Source: Salpingoeca rosetta (taxonomy: Eukaryota > Protista > Choanoflagellata). From it: a stretch of 64,000 bases of DNA. The notes under the pieces were generated by a model. The model was not told where the DNA came from, ran no database searches, and saw nothing but the letters and a program-made list of their open reading frames with translations. This document shows, one piece after another, positions 14,094 through 24,895 of this stretch. A program made the position numbers and the translations under genes. The DNA is taken from contig JAWQFM010000020.1 in the NCBI GenBank assembly GCA_033442325.1, forward strand, positions 481,719 to 545,718, read 5' to 3'. Numbering within the stretch: position 1 is the stretch's first letter; every line of letters starts with the position of its first letter.

Positions 14094-14850
14094 TGCCACA
14101 CACTCTCTGGCCTTCGCTGTTCTCTCGATTTGCTTCCTTCTTGATTGCTGACCGTTTCCACTGTTACATGATGTCTTGCGTGTGGAGCACTTGAGCTCAG
14201 TGTTGCGGCCGTTCCTCTTGTATATCAGTGCTCTCTCGCTCAATACACGATTGCCGTGGCGCCAGCTGGTTCGTGTCAATGCAAACGCACATGCGCGCAT
14301 GCACATGCACACTCACAAGCAACCAACTTCCTTGCGCAAGCGAAAGTCTCGACTAGGTCCGTGGCCAAATGAGAGAGTGTAGACAGGGAGCGTGTGTGCG
14401 CATGTGTGCGCGCTGCACACCGCACGCGTTCCCATGTGTGGAAATGAATGTGTCCCTGAAGCCCGCAGCGAATAAAGGATGAATCCATACATGACGCTAA
14501 ACAATGGACGGGTGAGCTGCGCAAGGAAAGAAGGAAGCAGTGACTCAGTTGCGTTTGCGCGTGATCGCCACAGTTGTCTTCTTCTGCTGCTGATGAGTGA
14601 ACACTCCTCTGCGCCCACCAGAGAACATACAGCTGACGGAAAAACTGCTTGTCAGTCGCTTGAGTTGTGAGCCTAGCGGCGGCCCCGACTCAATGGTGTT
14701 GGCGCGACTTCTTGTCATACGAACGAACAAAACATCATTCCGTGGACTTGCGCGTGACTTCTCATAGGCCCCTAACTCAAGGTGTGTTGAACAAAACGTC
14801 TTTTGCAACGATAACGCGCGTTTGTGTTATGCTTTGGGTCGTGATAACGT

Positions 14851-14875
14851 CGCCACATCGAGTGGCCAACAGAAT
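14851..14875 (-). promoter_or_regulatory. Conserved 25-nt 3' stem-loop element downstream of bZIP-like copy 1
   Basis: mRNA sense AUUCUGUUG-GCCAC-UCGAU-GUGGC-G; identical at 24486-24510 and one change at 50852-50876. Confidence 0.55.
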
Positions 14876-15355
14876 AAGATGACGAGGCCACAATAACGAC
14901 CGAATGACCAGGTTAAGGAAAGCATGCACAGACAAGTGCCGTAACAATGGCATCAGTGATAAAAGAAATGGAAAGGTGCGAACGAGCTGTCATGCAGCAT
15001 GGCGCAAGGGACAGTACAAAACATTACACTCAATGCGGCAACGTAAGAACGTTCGTTCGCCAAAGGCAAGACTGCTCCACAACAAGGCAATACACAAGAG
15101 AAGCAAGCAACAAAGTGACAATGTACACAAGCCACGAGTGATGATGATGATGATGGTCAGCGAAGATACATAGAAGTTAACTATGTCACTCAAAACAAGC
15201 AGGCGCAGGTAACTTCACTACTTCAACATGCCATCAACGCCAATGCGCAGTCGAAACAACAACAGGGATCGCTTCACCCAGTAACAAGTGTCCTCCGACA
15301 GGGGCGAGAATGAGAAGACAACATACCAACACCACACGTCCATCACACGTGCAAC

Positions 15356-16256
15356 TCAAAACAGTGGCGACGGGTGCTGGTCGATGGTGCCGATTGGGTG
15401 GAGGGTGTGGAGGTACTGCCGCACGTGGTCCAGCAGTGCTTGCCGCTCCTTCAACAGCCGCTGTCGCTTCTGCACAAGCAGGTCCTTGGTCTTGTTCAGC
15501 AGCGTCAGGCGCTGGCGCACCGTCCGGCGGCCGGTGAGCTCTTGGTTGCGGCGGCGCCAGTAGCTGCGGCGTGCAATCTCTCGCGTGCGCTCAAGCTTCT
15601 CGTGGTCAATCTCGCCGTTCTCAAGCACACACCGCTTGTTGATGGCGCTGCGCCCGCGCATCATCGTGCTTGCTGTGCCCTTGGCGCGCACGCTGCTGTT
15701 GTTGCCGCGTCTGCGCTGTGCCCGCTTGCTCTTGCGACGGTGTGCTGGCGATGACGTTGACGATGGCAACGAGGAGGAGGACGAAGAAGAGGAGCTTGTG
15801 GCTGTGTGCGATGTGGGCTGCCAAGGGGTGAGATCTTCAGCGTCGCTGCTGTTGGATGAGAACGACGCAGCAGACAGTGCTGACGCCGACGATGCCGCAG
15901 ACGCCTGTCGCTCTTCCATAGACGAGGAGGAGGTGGAGGAGAAGGAGGAGAGGAAGGACTCCAGGGCTGCGTCAAAAAGGTTCATGTCTGCATGGCTCAG
16001 CAGCTTCTCGACCTTGATGTCGCTATTCAATGTGAACGCAGGCAGGAGGGCACCGTCATTGCCCTGGCTCTGCGAGGCGTTGGCGCCGCCGACGTTGATG
16101 GCACCGCCATCTGCCGTCGCTGTTGCTGCTGTTGTTGTGGGGAAAACATCATCATCAAAGTGGAAGATGTTGTCGCTTGTGCTTTCGAAGCGGAGGCGGG
16201 GGCTTGCCAGCCCAGTGTCAAAGTCGAAGAACGGTGCTGCCTGCTGGTGGACTTGG

Positions 16257-16288
<32 letters not shown>

Positions 16289-16753
16289 GTGGTGGTGGGA
16301 AGCAGCAATGCTGTTGGAGGACTTGGATGCGTGGAATAAAGACACCGATGATGATGAGGATGATGGCGGGGATGATGGTGTCATCGACGTGTCCTTCTTG
16401 GTGTCGTCGATGATGCCAAAGCCGCTGTCCAAGGCTGCCATCATGGTGGAATTGGTGTTGAGCGTGGAGAAGGCGGATGTTGTTGGTGTGGGGGATGTTG
16501 CGGATTTGCTTGCCGTTGCATGCAGGCAAAGGGATGGGGAGTGCTGTGCATACAGCTGCGAGTAGTCGCTGCTGCCGCTGCTGCCGCTGCACATGCTTGG
16601 CGTCAAAGGAACGGCGCTGAGGTCGAGGTCTGCTGCGGAGCGGCTTGTGCGGCAGCAGGTGGGCTTGGTAAGGGTGCCTGCTTGCTGGACGAGGCCATCC
16701 AGGTATGTGTGGTAGGTGGCGACGCCCTCCCATGTTGGTGTTGGGGTGTCCAT
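15356..16753 (-). CDS. Non-canonical bZIP-like transcription factor, copy 1 (465 aa, intronless)
   Basis: Start context gcaccATGg. S/Q-rich and acidic-hydrophobic N-terminus, NLS-like HRRKSKRAQRRR, basic region EKLERTREIARRSYWRRR, then a heptad V/L-x6-L-x6-L-x6-L-x6-L. Confidence 0.75.
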
Positions 16754-16929
16754 GGTGCTGCTGGTACAGCGGTTGTTTGTTTGTCCGTTTGTGGACTAAG
16801 GAATGCGCGAGGCGCGTTCTTCCGGGTTGTTCGCCACTCCTCGTGCTCTCGGTGTGGTCCTGGGTCGGTGCCGGTGTGGTGAGTGGGTTGGACGGCTTTC
16901 ACAGCTTGGCGTCTCCTCCGTCTCTGGAC

Positions 16930-17046
16930 CTATGCTCTTGAGAATGCGATGACGACGGGTAGTGCGTGCGGCAGAGCAGCAAGTGGCACGCACTTGAGCA
17001 CTTTGAGGTTGAGGGACTGGAGAAAATGGCTCGTGTCGAGCACCAT
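16930..17046 (-). CDS. Upstream ORF (38 aa) in the leader of bZIP-like copy 1
   Basis: ATG 17046 to TAG 16930: MVLDTSHFLQSLNLKVLKCVPLAALPHALPVVIAFSRA; homologous uORF at 52669-52806. Confidence 0.55.
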   Translation of the reverse strand: MVLDTSHFLQSLNLKVLKCVPLAALPHALPVVIAFSRA

Positions 17047-17227
17047 CACTGTTGGAATGCAGTGAGGATGCGCTGCTGCTGTCTTTGTTGTGCGGTGTTT
17101 GTTGTGCGGTGTTGTGTTTGATTTTGATCTGCGACGCAAGGAGGAGGTGGGACGGCTTGTCTTGTGGTGTGCAGCTGTGGTGGAGAAGATACTAAGATAG
17201 GTGGGTTGGTGGCAAAGCAACTGGCTG

Positions 17228-17244
17228 GGTTGCGCGACGCAACC
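17228..17244. promoter_or_regulatory. Palindrome GGTTGCG-CGA-CGCAACC, conserved upstream of copy 3
   Basis: Perfect 7-bp inverted repeat; GTTGCGCGACGCAAC recurs at 52972-52986. Confidence 0.45.
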
Positions 17245-19976
17245 TTGATGCAGAAGAAAGTGGACAGCAGCAAGGGAAGGGAAGGGAAGTGCGGCGTCAG
17301 GACGAAAGCCCGGCTTCGCATTGCCGCAACAAAACAGCAGACCTACATGTGGGGCTTTTCGTCTTTGGGTGTTTTGGCTGTAGCGCTGTACAGGTGTGCC
17401 GTCGCCTGCCGCCTTGCTTGTTGTGTGTTGTTGGAGACAAACCAACCCACAACAGACAAGCCTAAATTCGTGCAAACAAAGAGCGAGAAAGCGCACAGCA
17501 GCGCCGCCACGAGCGACACGCGAAGGGCTGGAATGTGTGTGTATGTCCAATATGCCCCGCGTTTAACCTTTGGTCATGACGCGTTGGAGCGAAGGCACAA
17601 GCGAATATTGGTGAAAGCATCAACAACGCCACCCACGTCACTCATTCGTCCGTGTGTCGTGGTTGCTTGTGCTTGCACACTTTGGCTTGCTTTTGGTGAA
17701 GGTTTGGTCCCGACATAAAATTTGTTGTTGTGCTTGAGAGCAGCAGATTGGCCCGCCCTGCAGCCACCATGAACATGATGCAAACACCCAACAGAAGCAA
17801 GCCACCCTCGCAAGCCAAACACAAAAAACCAGCCAGCAGCTACAGAGCGAACCTGCCCGCTCCGCAGCACACGAAAAACCTCGGGTTTGATCCCTTTTCT
17901 TCAGCTTTAGAGCTTTGTGTTCTGTTCTGGTGCCAAGCGACCAGACCATCTCTTCCGGTTGACACTGCACACAGCTGAGACGCACGCGCTGGTTGAATGG
18001 GACAAGAGGGCGATGGATGCGACAACAGAAGAGGGAGGGGGAGAGGAGAGACATCGACTAGAAGACTGAAAGAGAAAGAAAGAGCAACCGCCGGCGGTTC
18101 CTTTGCATGCTTATATGGCCTGCCATACGCCCCACCACAACCCTCGCCTACAGCAAGCACAGCAGTCTGCAGCAACCCCACGGCAGCACAGCAACGCAAC
18201 AAGTGGCCAGCCAAGCGCACCTGTTGCTACAGTGACAGGGCAACGATACGCCAACCGGCGCAGAGAGGAACAGCAACAACACCAATCAGAGCAGTGCAGG
18301 CACAACGTTGCTACAGCAGCAGCAGAGCAGAAGCAGCACACTCAGCAACAACACCCGAAGGTTTTGTGTGTTGTGGTGATGGGGACCACCCCATGTGGTG
18401 TTGAGCACGAGGAGGCGATTGCCCATGCAAGTACACAACAGAACACAGCTCCACCAGAGCAGACTCAAAGCTGACCACACAGCAACGTACTGGCATCGTC
18501 AAGCTAGGGCATCATCAGCAGCCCGTCAGTGAAGTGCAACGCTTCTTCAGCACCCAACACGAACAAGGGGATGAAGCAGGTTGCTGTGCTCTCTGCTCTT
18601 TCTTCTGCTGTACGACAGCTTTCTTTGCTATGGAGCAACGGTGTGACGAGGGGCGAGCACCGGGAGCGACGGACTTACAAAGCGCACAGCACCGCTCACA
18701 GCCTGTTGCAAGCAGCACCCACTCGCACCTCCTATCGCGGATGGCTGAATGGATGGGTGGGCTGGTGGGCGATCCAAGAACAGAAGAACTCCAAGGCTTC
18801 AAAGTGAAGGAAGAGGAAAAGGACAAGGACAAGGCAAGCAAGTGTGTCCTGTCTCTGTGCTGCTGTGTCTGAGCTTGTCCCAGCCTGATGGCGAGGGGGG
18901 CGAGGGGGCGCGGTGGTTTGTTTTCTTTTGCGTTGCGTTGTGCTCTGCTGCAAAGCGAGCTCGAGGAGAAGGCTGCCGCTCTTGCCTTGCTCCTTGCTGC
19001 TGGGCCACGCAACCAAAAATTTCGTCGGTATTTTGATTCTTGGTGGTGGTGTTTTGTTTCTTCTTCCTTCCCCTTCCTTGGTTCCTTTCTCGTGGCTGCG
19101 TGTGATGTTGATGTGAGAGGATGTGATGTGATGCTGATGCGATGTGCCTGTCCACCACCAGCCTTCATTATTGGTCCGGTGACATGGTGTTCATCTCAAG
19201 CCCTTCTATGTGGCTTGGTGGTGTCTTCTCTTGCGGGGGCCTTTCTTTATTTAGTTATTTGGGTGATAGGGTGATGCCGACTTCTCTCGAGTAGCCTAGT
19301 ACTTAGCCTGAGCCTTAGTCTGCCATGCCAACAAGGCGTTGTATGAAAGGGAAGAAACGAAAAAGAGGGAGAAGGGTGTGTTTATCCCTCTTTCATGTGC
19401 TGTTGTCACTGCTCCTTGTTTTGTTTGATTTCCTCTCCATGTGCAAGGTTGCTGTCGTGGTTTGTGTCTGTTGAACCCTCCTTGGTCCCCTCACGCACGT
19501 ATGGACGTGGGGCCAACTGTTTGCATTCCGTCTCTTCTCCTCTCTTTCTCTGTGTCTTGAAGCTTGATGAGATTCAGGTCGTTCATTGAGTTGCCAATTG
19601 TCTTTGTTCTGTCTTGGAATCAGACGCAATGCACCCAAGAAGCAAGAGAGCAGCGGACGGGATCAATCCTTCAATCACCGCATCTGCCACACGCCTCCTC
19701 GACGCACCAACACCAAACATGCTACACATGAGGTACGCGCGCGTTCGCATGTGTGTGTGTGTGTGTGTGCGCGCGTGTGCGTGTGCATTCGCATTTGTGT
19801 GTGTACATACATTTGTGTGTGTGTGTGTGTGTGTGTGTGTCTGCACGTGTGTTTGTTTTGTGGACCTGCTCATTGCATTTCTCCTCATGTGTTTGAATTG
19901 CTGGGTGTGTTGGCGTGCGCTTCCTCCTTCTGCTGGTTAGCTCACGTGACGAGACATGCATTGTGTGTGTGTGTGT

Positions 19977-20076
19977 NNNNNNNNNNNNNNNNNNNNNNNN
20001 NNNNNNNNNNNNNNNNNNNNNNNNNNNNNNNNNNNNNNNNNNNNNNNNNNNNNNNNNNNNNNNNNNNNNNNNNNNN
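19977..20076. other. Assembly gap
   Basis: Run of N. Confidence 1.
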
Positions 20077-20599
20077 TGCCCCATGCAGCATGAGAAGCAT
20101 GACGGTGCAATTATCGCGCGTCTTCCACGGACAATGTGCACGTGCACGTTCTGTTCGTACCTTCTTCATGTTCGTGTAAGTGGGTTTGTCGGAGGCTTTG
20201 CCGCCTGTTACATGTTTGCATGCGTTGTATTGATGCATATATGTGTGTATATTTGTGATTGTGTGTACATGTGTACGTACATGTGTGTATGTGTGTGCCT
20301 TGTTTTTCCTTTCGGGGTGCTGCACATGCGTTTGTTTTGCTGGTGTGCTTTGACATACCCTCCACAGACCGTGGCCCAGTCACCCCTCTTCCCTTGTTCA
20401 CTTGTTCACTCTCTTTCACCGTCCTCCTCCTCAACCACTTCTCTGTCCCTGTCACTATTTGTGTGCTGGGACTCAGCCTTGTCCCTTAGCCTTGTCGTTG
20501 TGTGCATGTGCTAACGCGTGGCGTTTGATGTGGGTTCTGGGTTGGCATGCGGCAACACCAACGTAGCAGGTCTCAGGAGCTGGAACTGCTTGGCAGACG

Positions 20600-21369
20600 A
20601 AGCAGATTAGACACACAGGCGGTGCAAGTGTGCGCTGAGCGGGGGCGGAGCGGGGCTATGTGCCCTTGTCTCCATCGGCTGCCTGCTTGACCGTCGTCAG
20701 ACACAGACAGTGCGTCTTATTTTTGCTGCTGTGCGAGCACTGCACTCTACCGAAAGTCGGATGGAGGATTAATTGGCGGTCGGGGACGACAGGGCCAATT
20801 GCAGCTTTGCTTGAGCGTGCGCACACTGTGGAGAGTGCCTGACCTTCATTTGGAACACAAGCTTTGGAGTTTTGTGAGCCACAAGGTGAGTGTGCGTTTG
20901 CGTTGAGAGTCGTTTCGTGTAGATCGATCAGATGTTGAACTGTGGTGGCTCCAACTGTGGTCGTACGTGTGCATGCACGTGCCTGGCGTACAGTGCATTC
21001 TTCACTACTGCATTTCACGTGTACTGAATGTTACACATGCACTTACGCGCGCGCGCAGGTCCGTGTATGCGCGGGCGGGGGCTTAAGTCTTAAATTGTTT
21101 GGGCATGCGGGCTTGGCAGCCGCGCGGTCGTGCACCGCGGATGGACGCGTCGCATTGCAGACATTTGACGGTGAGCGGTGTCATGGCACCGTAGTTTCTG
21201 GGTTGGGAGAAGTGGGTGTGTGGTGTCGGCGATCGCCGCTACATGGCCTGCACTACAGTGCGATGCTCGCGCGCGCGCGTGTGTGTGTGCGTGCGTATGT
21301 ATTTGTGATTGTGCTTGCAATTATGACGTAGCTGTGGGGTAGGAATGCTGGAAGAGGACGTCCATGGCG

Positions 21370-21412
<43 letters not shown>

Positions 21413-21450
21413 AACAGTGCCTGTGTGGTGCATTGTCACACGCTGTCGCG
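20600..21450. promoter_or_regulatory. Distal conserved non-coding block (GC boxes, AG|GTGAGT, TCACGTG), homologous to about 56440-57400 and partly to about 22700-22890
   Basis: Shared ordered motifs with no shared ORF. Confidence 0.45.
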
Positions 21451-21632
21451 GTTTTATCCTATTCGTATCCAACTCCTCACACATGTGCATGCACAACACA
21501 AACCCAGCTGGAGCTTTCAAACTGTCGTTGGGTTTGGCGGAATCGTCAAATCTATCATGCGACGGCCCTCACACTCATCAACAGCCGTGATTGTGGTGTG
21601 CTCATGATGCTGGCATGAGGGTATGGCGGTGT

Positions 21633-22102
21633 NNNNNNNNNNNNNNNNNNNNNNNNNNNNNNNNNNNNNNNNNNNNNNNNNNNNNNNNNNNNNNNNNNNN
21701 NNNNNNNNNNNNNNNNNNNNNNNNNNNNNNNNNNNNNNNNNNNNNNNNNNNNNNNNNNNNNNNNNNNNNNNNNNNNNNNNNNNNNNNNNNNNNNNNNNNN
21801 NNNNNNNNNNNNNNNNNNNNNNNNNNNNNNNNNNNNNNNNNNNNNNNNNNNNNNNNNNNNNNNNNNNNNNNNNNNNNNNNNNNNNNNNNNNNNNNNNNNN
21901 NNNNNNNNNNNNNNNNNNNNNNNNNNNNNNNNNNNNNNNNNNNNNNNNNNNNNNNNNNNNNNNNNNNNNNNNNNNNNNNNNNNNNNNNNNNNNNNNNNNN
22001 NNNNNNNNNNNNNNNNNNNNNNNNNNNNNNNNNNNNNNNNNNNNNNNNNNNNNNNNNNNNNNNNNNNNNNNNNNNNNNNNNNNNNNNNNNNNNNNNNNNN
22101 NN
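21633..22102. other. Assembly gap
   Basis: Run of N. Confidence 1.
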
Positions 22103-23699
22103 GGCGGCCTCATCGTGTCCTCTCCATCCATCATTCTTGGGTGCATGTGTCTCCTCGGCTGTGGTTTGTTCGTGGCATCCCCATGGCCAATTTTCGGCCA
22201 GCAGTTGTGAGCAAAAACCTAAACACCACAAGATGATGAAAGCTGTTGTGACGATGGTGAGTTTGACTTGTGGTTTTGGTGGCAACGCGAGTAGTGCAGC
22301 ACACTCACCCATGCCCGCTACCCCGTGTTACCCTCTCCTGGCGACCAGAAGCACGCACGCGAAGACATCGCCAACACCCACCCGAACAACGAAGCAGTAC
22401 ACATTATCTGGGGTGGGGTGTGAGTGAGAAAGGGAGGAATGAGGGAGCCACAGCTGCCAACCAAAGCCAAGCCAACATGAATTTTCATTTTCCTTGTGCT
22501 GGCGGGACACAGAAGAGGACGTAAGCAGGACATTCGTATCGACTCTCGCTCTTGGCTTCTCTTGCTGCTCTGCAGGTGCACTCAGGTGGGCTTCTGAGCG
22601 ATTGTGTGGCATGAGGTCTTGAGGGCTCGAGGATCTGCACACTGGACTGCACCAACAACGTCAAGCATGAGGATGTGAGGCGACGTGTTCCGTGCTGTGT
22701 GTGCGGCAGATCAGGTCTTGAACTGGGGTGGCTTTACACATCAATTGTGCTTGCATATGCCCATGCACGCGAGGCACACGTGCCTCTTCCCTTCGTTGCT
22801 GCATCTCACGTGCGCTCGATATCACACACGTGTGTCCGCTTTCCATGCGTCGAACAGAAACACGCGCAGGGGCTTAACTGTGTGGAATTTTCACACCACC
22901 CTGCAAAACGGTCGCGGGTGGGTGATGGTTTGGTTTGCCGCATACTGTGCGGAAAGGGCATGACGGTTGGGGTGTCGCCGTTGTGTTATGGTGTGACGTT
23001 CGGACATTGCTCCTGCATGCATGGTGGCTGCCGTACCAACACAGTGGTTGGTCCTTTGGTCGGTCGGAGCAGCCACATCACAGTAACACCAGCAAACCAG
23101 GGCTTGGTTATTCGAGGTGTGTCCGTATGCATGTGTGTGTGTGTGTGTTTGCTTGAGTGTGCGTGTTTGCTTGAGTGTGTGGTGCGCTTGTGTGTTTGAT
23201 GTGTGTGTGTGTGTGCGCGTTTGTGCGAATGCATGTGTGGGTGTTCGCGTGTGTGTTTGTCTGTGTCTGTGTACTCTGTGTGTACTATGTGCGCTTGTTT
23301 GATCGAATGTGTATGGGTATGGGTATGTGTGTGTGCGCGCGTGTGTGTATGTGGATCAACATTCTTCGCTATGACAGTGTTCTCATTGGTCTGGCACAAG
23401 TACACGCGCACCTTTCACACACGCACACACACATACATACACTCACACGCTCTCTCTCTCAACGCCTCCTCTCTCAACGCCTCCTCGGATTTTCTCACCG
23501 TTGAGGCCGTCCAATCTTTTTTTCCTGGCCGTTTGCTCTTCCTCCACGCCGCTGCACCGCTGGTGATGTGAGCACCAGCATGCAGTCTGTGTCATTGCAC
23601 GAGGACATAGACGGGTGGAGAACAGCTTTCTTCGCCTCAGGTGGAGCCCTGAACAACGGTTGGGACTCAAGGATGAACCAGCGTGAGTGCGTGAGAGAG

Positions 23700-23767
<68 letters not shown>

Positions 23768-23944
23768 CCCACACTCACTCACCTATCAATTACATAGACA
23801 GGAAATACAAAGTTATACCCACATACCTCCCATACACACCATCTCTACACGGGCCCAGGTGGTCTGGTCTGGGTGATCGCGTGAGCGCGGGGCAGGTGAA
23901 GAGTTAGTCGTTACGGATACGGCTCCAGCACGTTTGTTGTCATC

Positions 23945-24044
23945 NNNNNNNNNNNNNNNNNNNNNNNNNNNNNNNNNNNNNNNNNNNNNNNNNNNNNNNN
24001 NNNNNNNNNNNNNNNNNNNNNNNNNNNNNNNNNNNNNNNNNNNN
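23945..24044. other. Assembly gap
   Basis: Run of N. Confidence 1.
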
Positions 24045-24218
24045 ACACACACACACGCGCGCGCGCAGGGAAGTGCGGAACTGTGCTGTTTTTGTTGTGG
24101 GCTGTCGTTGATTGACTGGAGCCAGCATAAGGCCGTGGGGGTCACCTCTGCTCGACCTCAAAGCTCTTTTGAGTGCTTGATTGGTGTACGGACAACCCAG
24201 CGCACCGCGACACACACA

Positions 24219-24345
<127 letters not shown>

Positions 24346-24895
24346 TGGACTGCTCCCGCCACATTACTCTTGCGTCCCTTCCCCTGCCCCTTCTTTTCAC
24401 GCACCTTGCTTGTATGAATGCCGGCACATTGCCTTTCCTGCTTGTCAACTGTTGTATGTTTGTGTGTATTATTCGTGTGACAATGCGCCACATCGAGTGG
24501 CCAACAGAATGAGGAATGAATGAATAAAGAGGCAAGAAGCGCGTGCCACTGTGTCACGGAACCAAGGGGAATGGAGAGGAGTGAACGGGTTCTCAGGCAG
24601 CACAGGGTCCGACAAGCGCACAAACAAACACGTCCCAAGCTTGCATGCAAGCAACGTCCGTTCACCAAAGGCAAGACCCGCTCCACACCATCGTAACACA
24701 CGAGAGAAGCAAGCAACAAGTGACAATGTACAGAAACCACAGAACACCATGATGATGGTCAGGGAAGATAGAAGTTAAATCATTCAAGCAGGCGCAGGAA
24801 GCGTGTTGATGCGCACACAATAACGAGTGTCGGCGCATCGAGTAAAATGTAACGAGAATGAGAAGGTAATGTCCCCCTCCACTTGATAAGGCAGC

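Larger units (their letters stand above)
14820..21450 (-). repeat. Segmental duplication unit A (bZIP-like copy 1 plus flanks), homologous to about 50850-57400 and partly to about 24455-26120
   Basis: Collinear shared blocks, e.g. gtccaatatgccccgc (about 17546 and 53165), cctgccatacgccccaccacaaccc (about 18119 and 53662), gatcagatgttgaactgtgg (about 20926 and 56940), tccatggc...gtggtgcattgtc (about 21361-21428 and 57367-57401). Boundaries approximate. Confidence 0.88.

Noticed and set aside
16410-16432. DSGFG as a beta-TrCP degron like that of ATF4
   Set aside because: Lacks the second Ser and is NSAFG in copy 3.
15585-16565. Long + strand ORFs opposite the bZIP-like genes (also 25176-26324 and 51442-52227)
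   Set aside because: Antisense shadows of GC-rich, low-complexity coding sequence; start context and motifs favour the minus strand.
14820-21450. Duplicated units as transposons
   Set aside because: No transposase or reverse transcriptase, terminal repeats or target-site duplications seen; a genome-wide copy count is needed to exclude this fully.
23765-23944. Atypical sequence beside a gap, possibly a mobile-element end
   Set aside because: Too short, with no recognisable motif.
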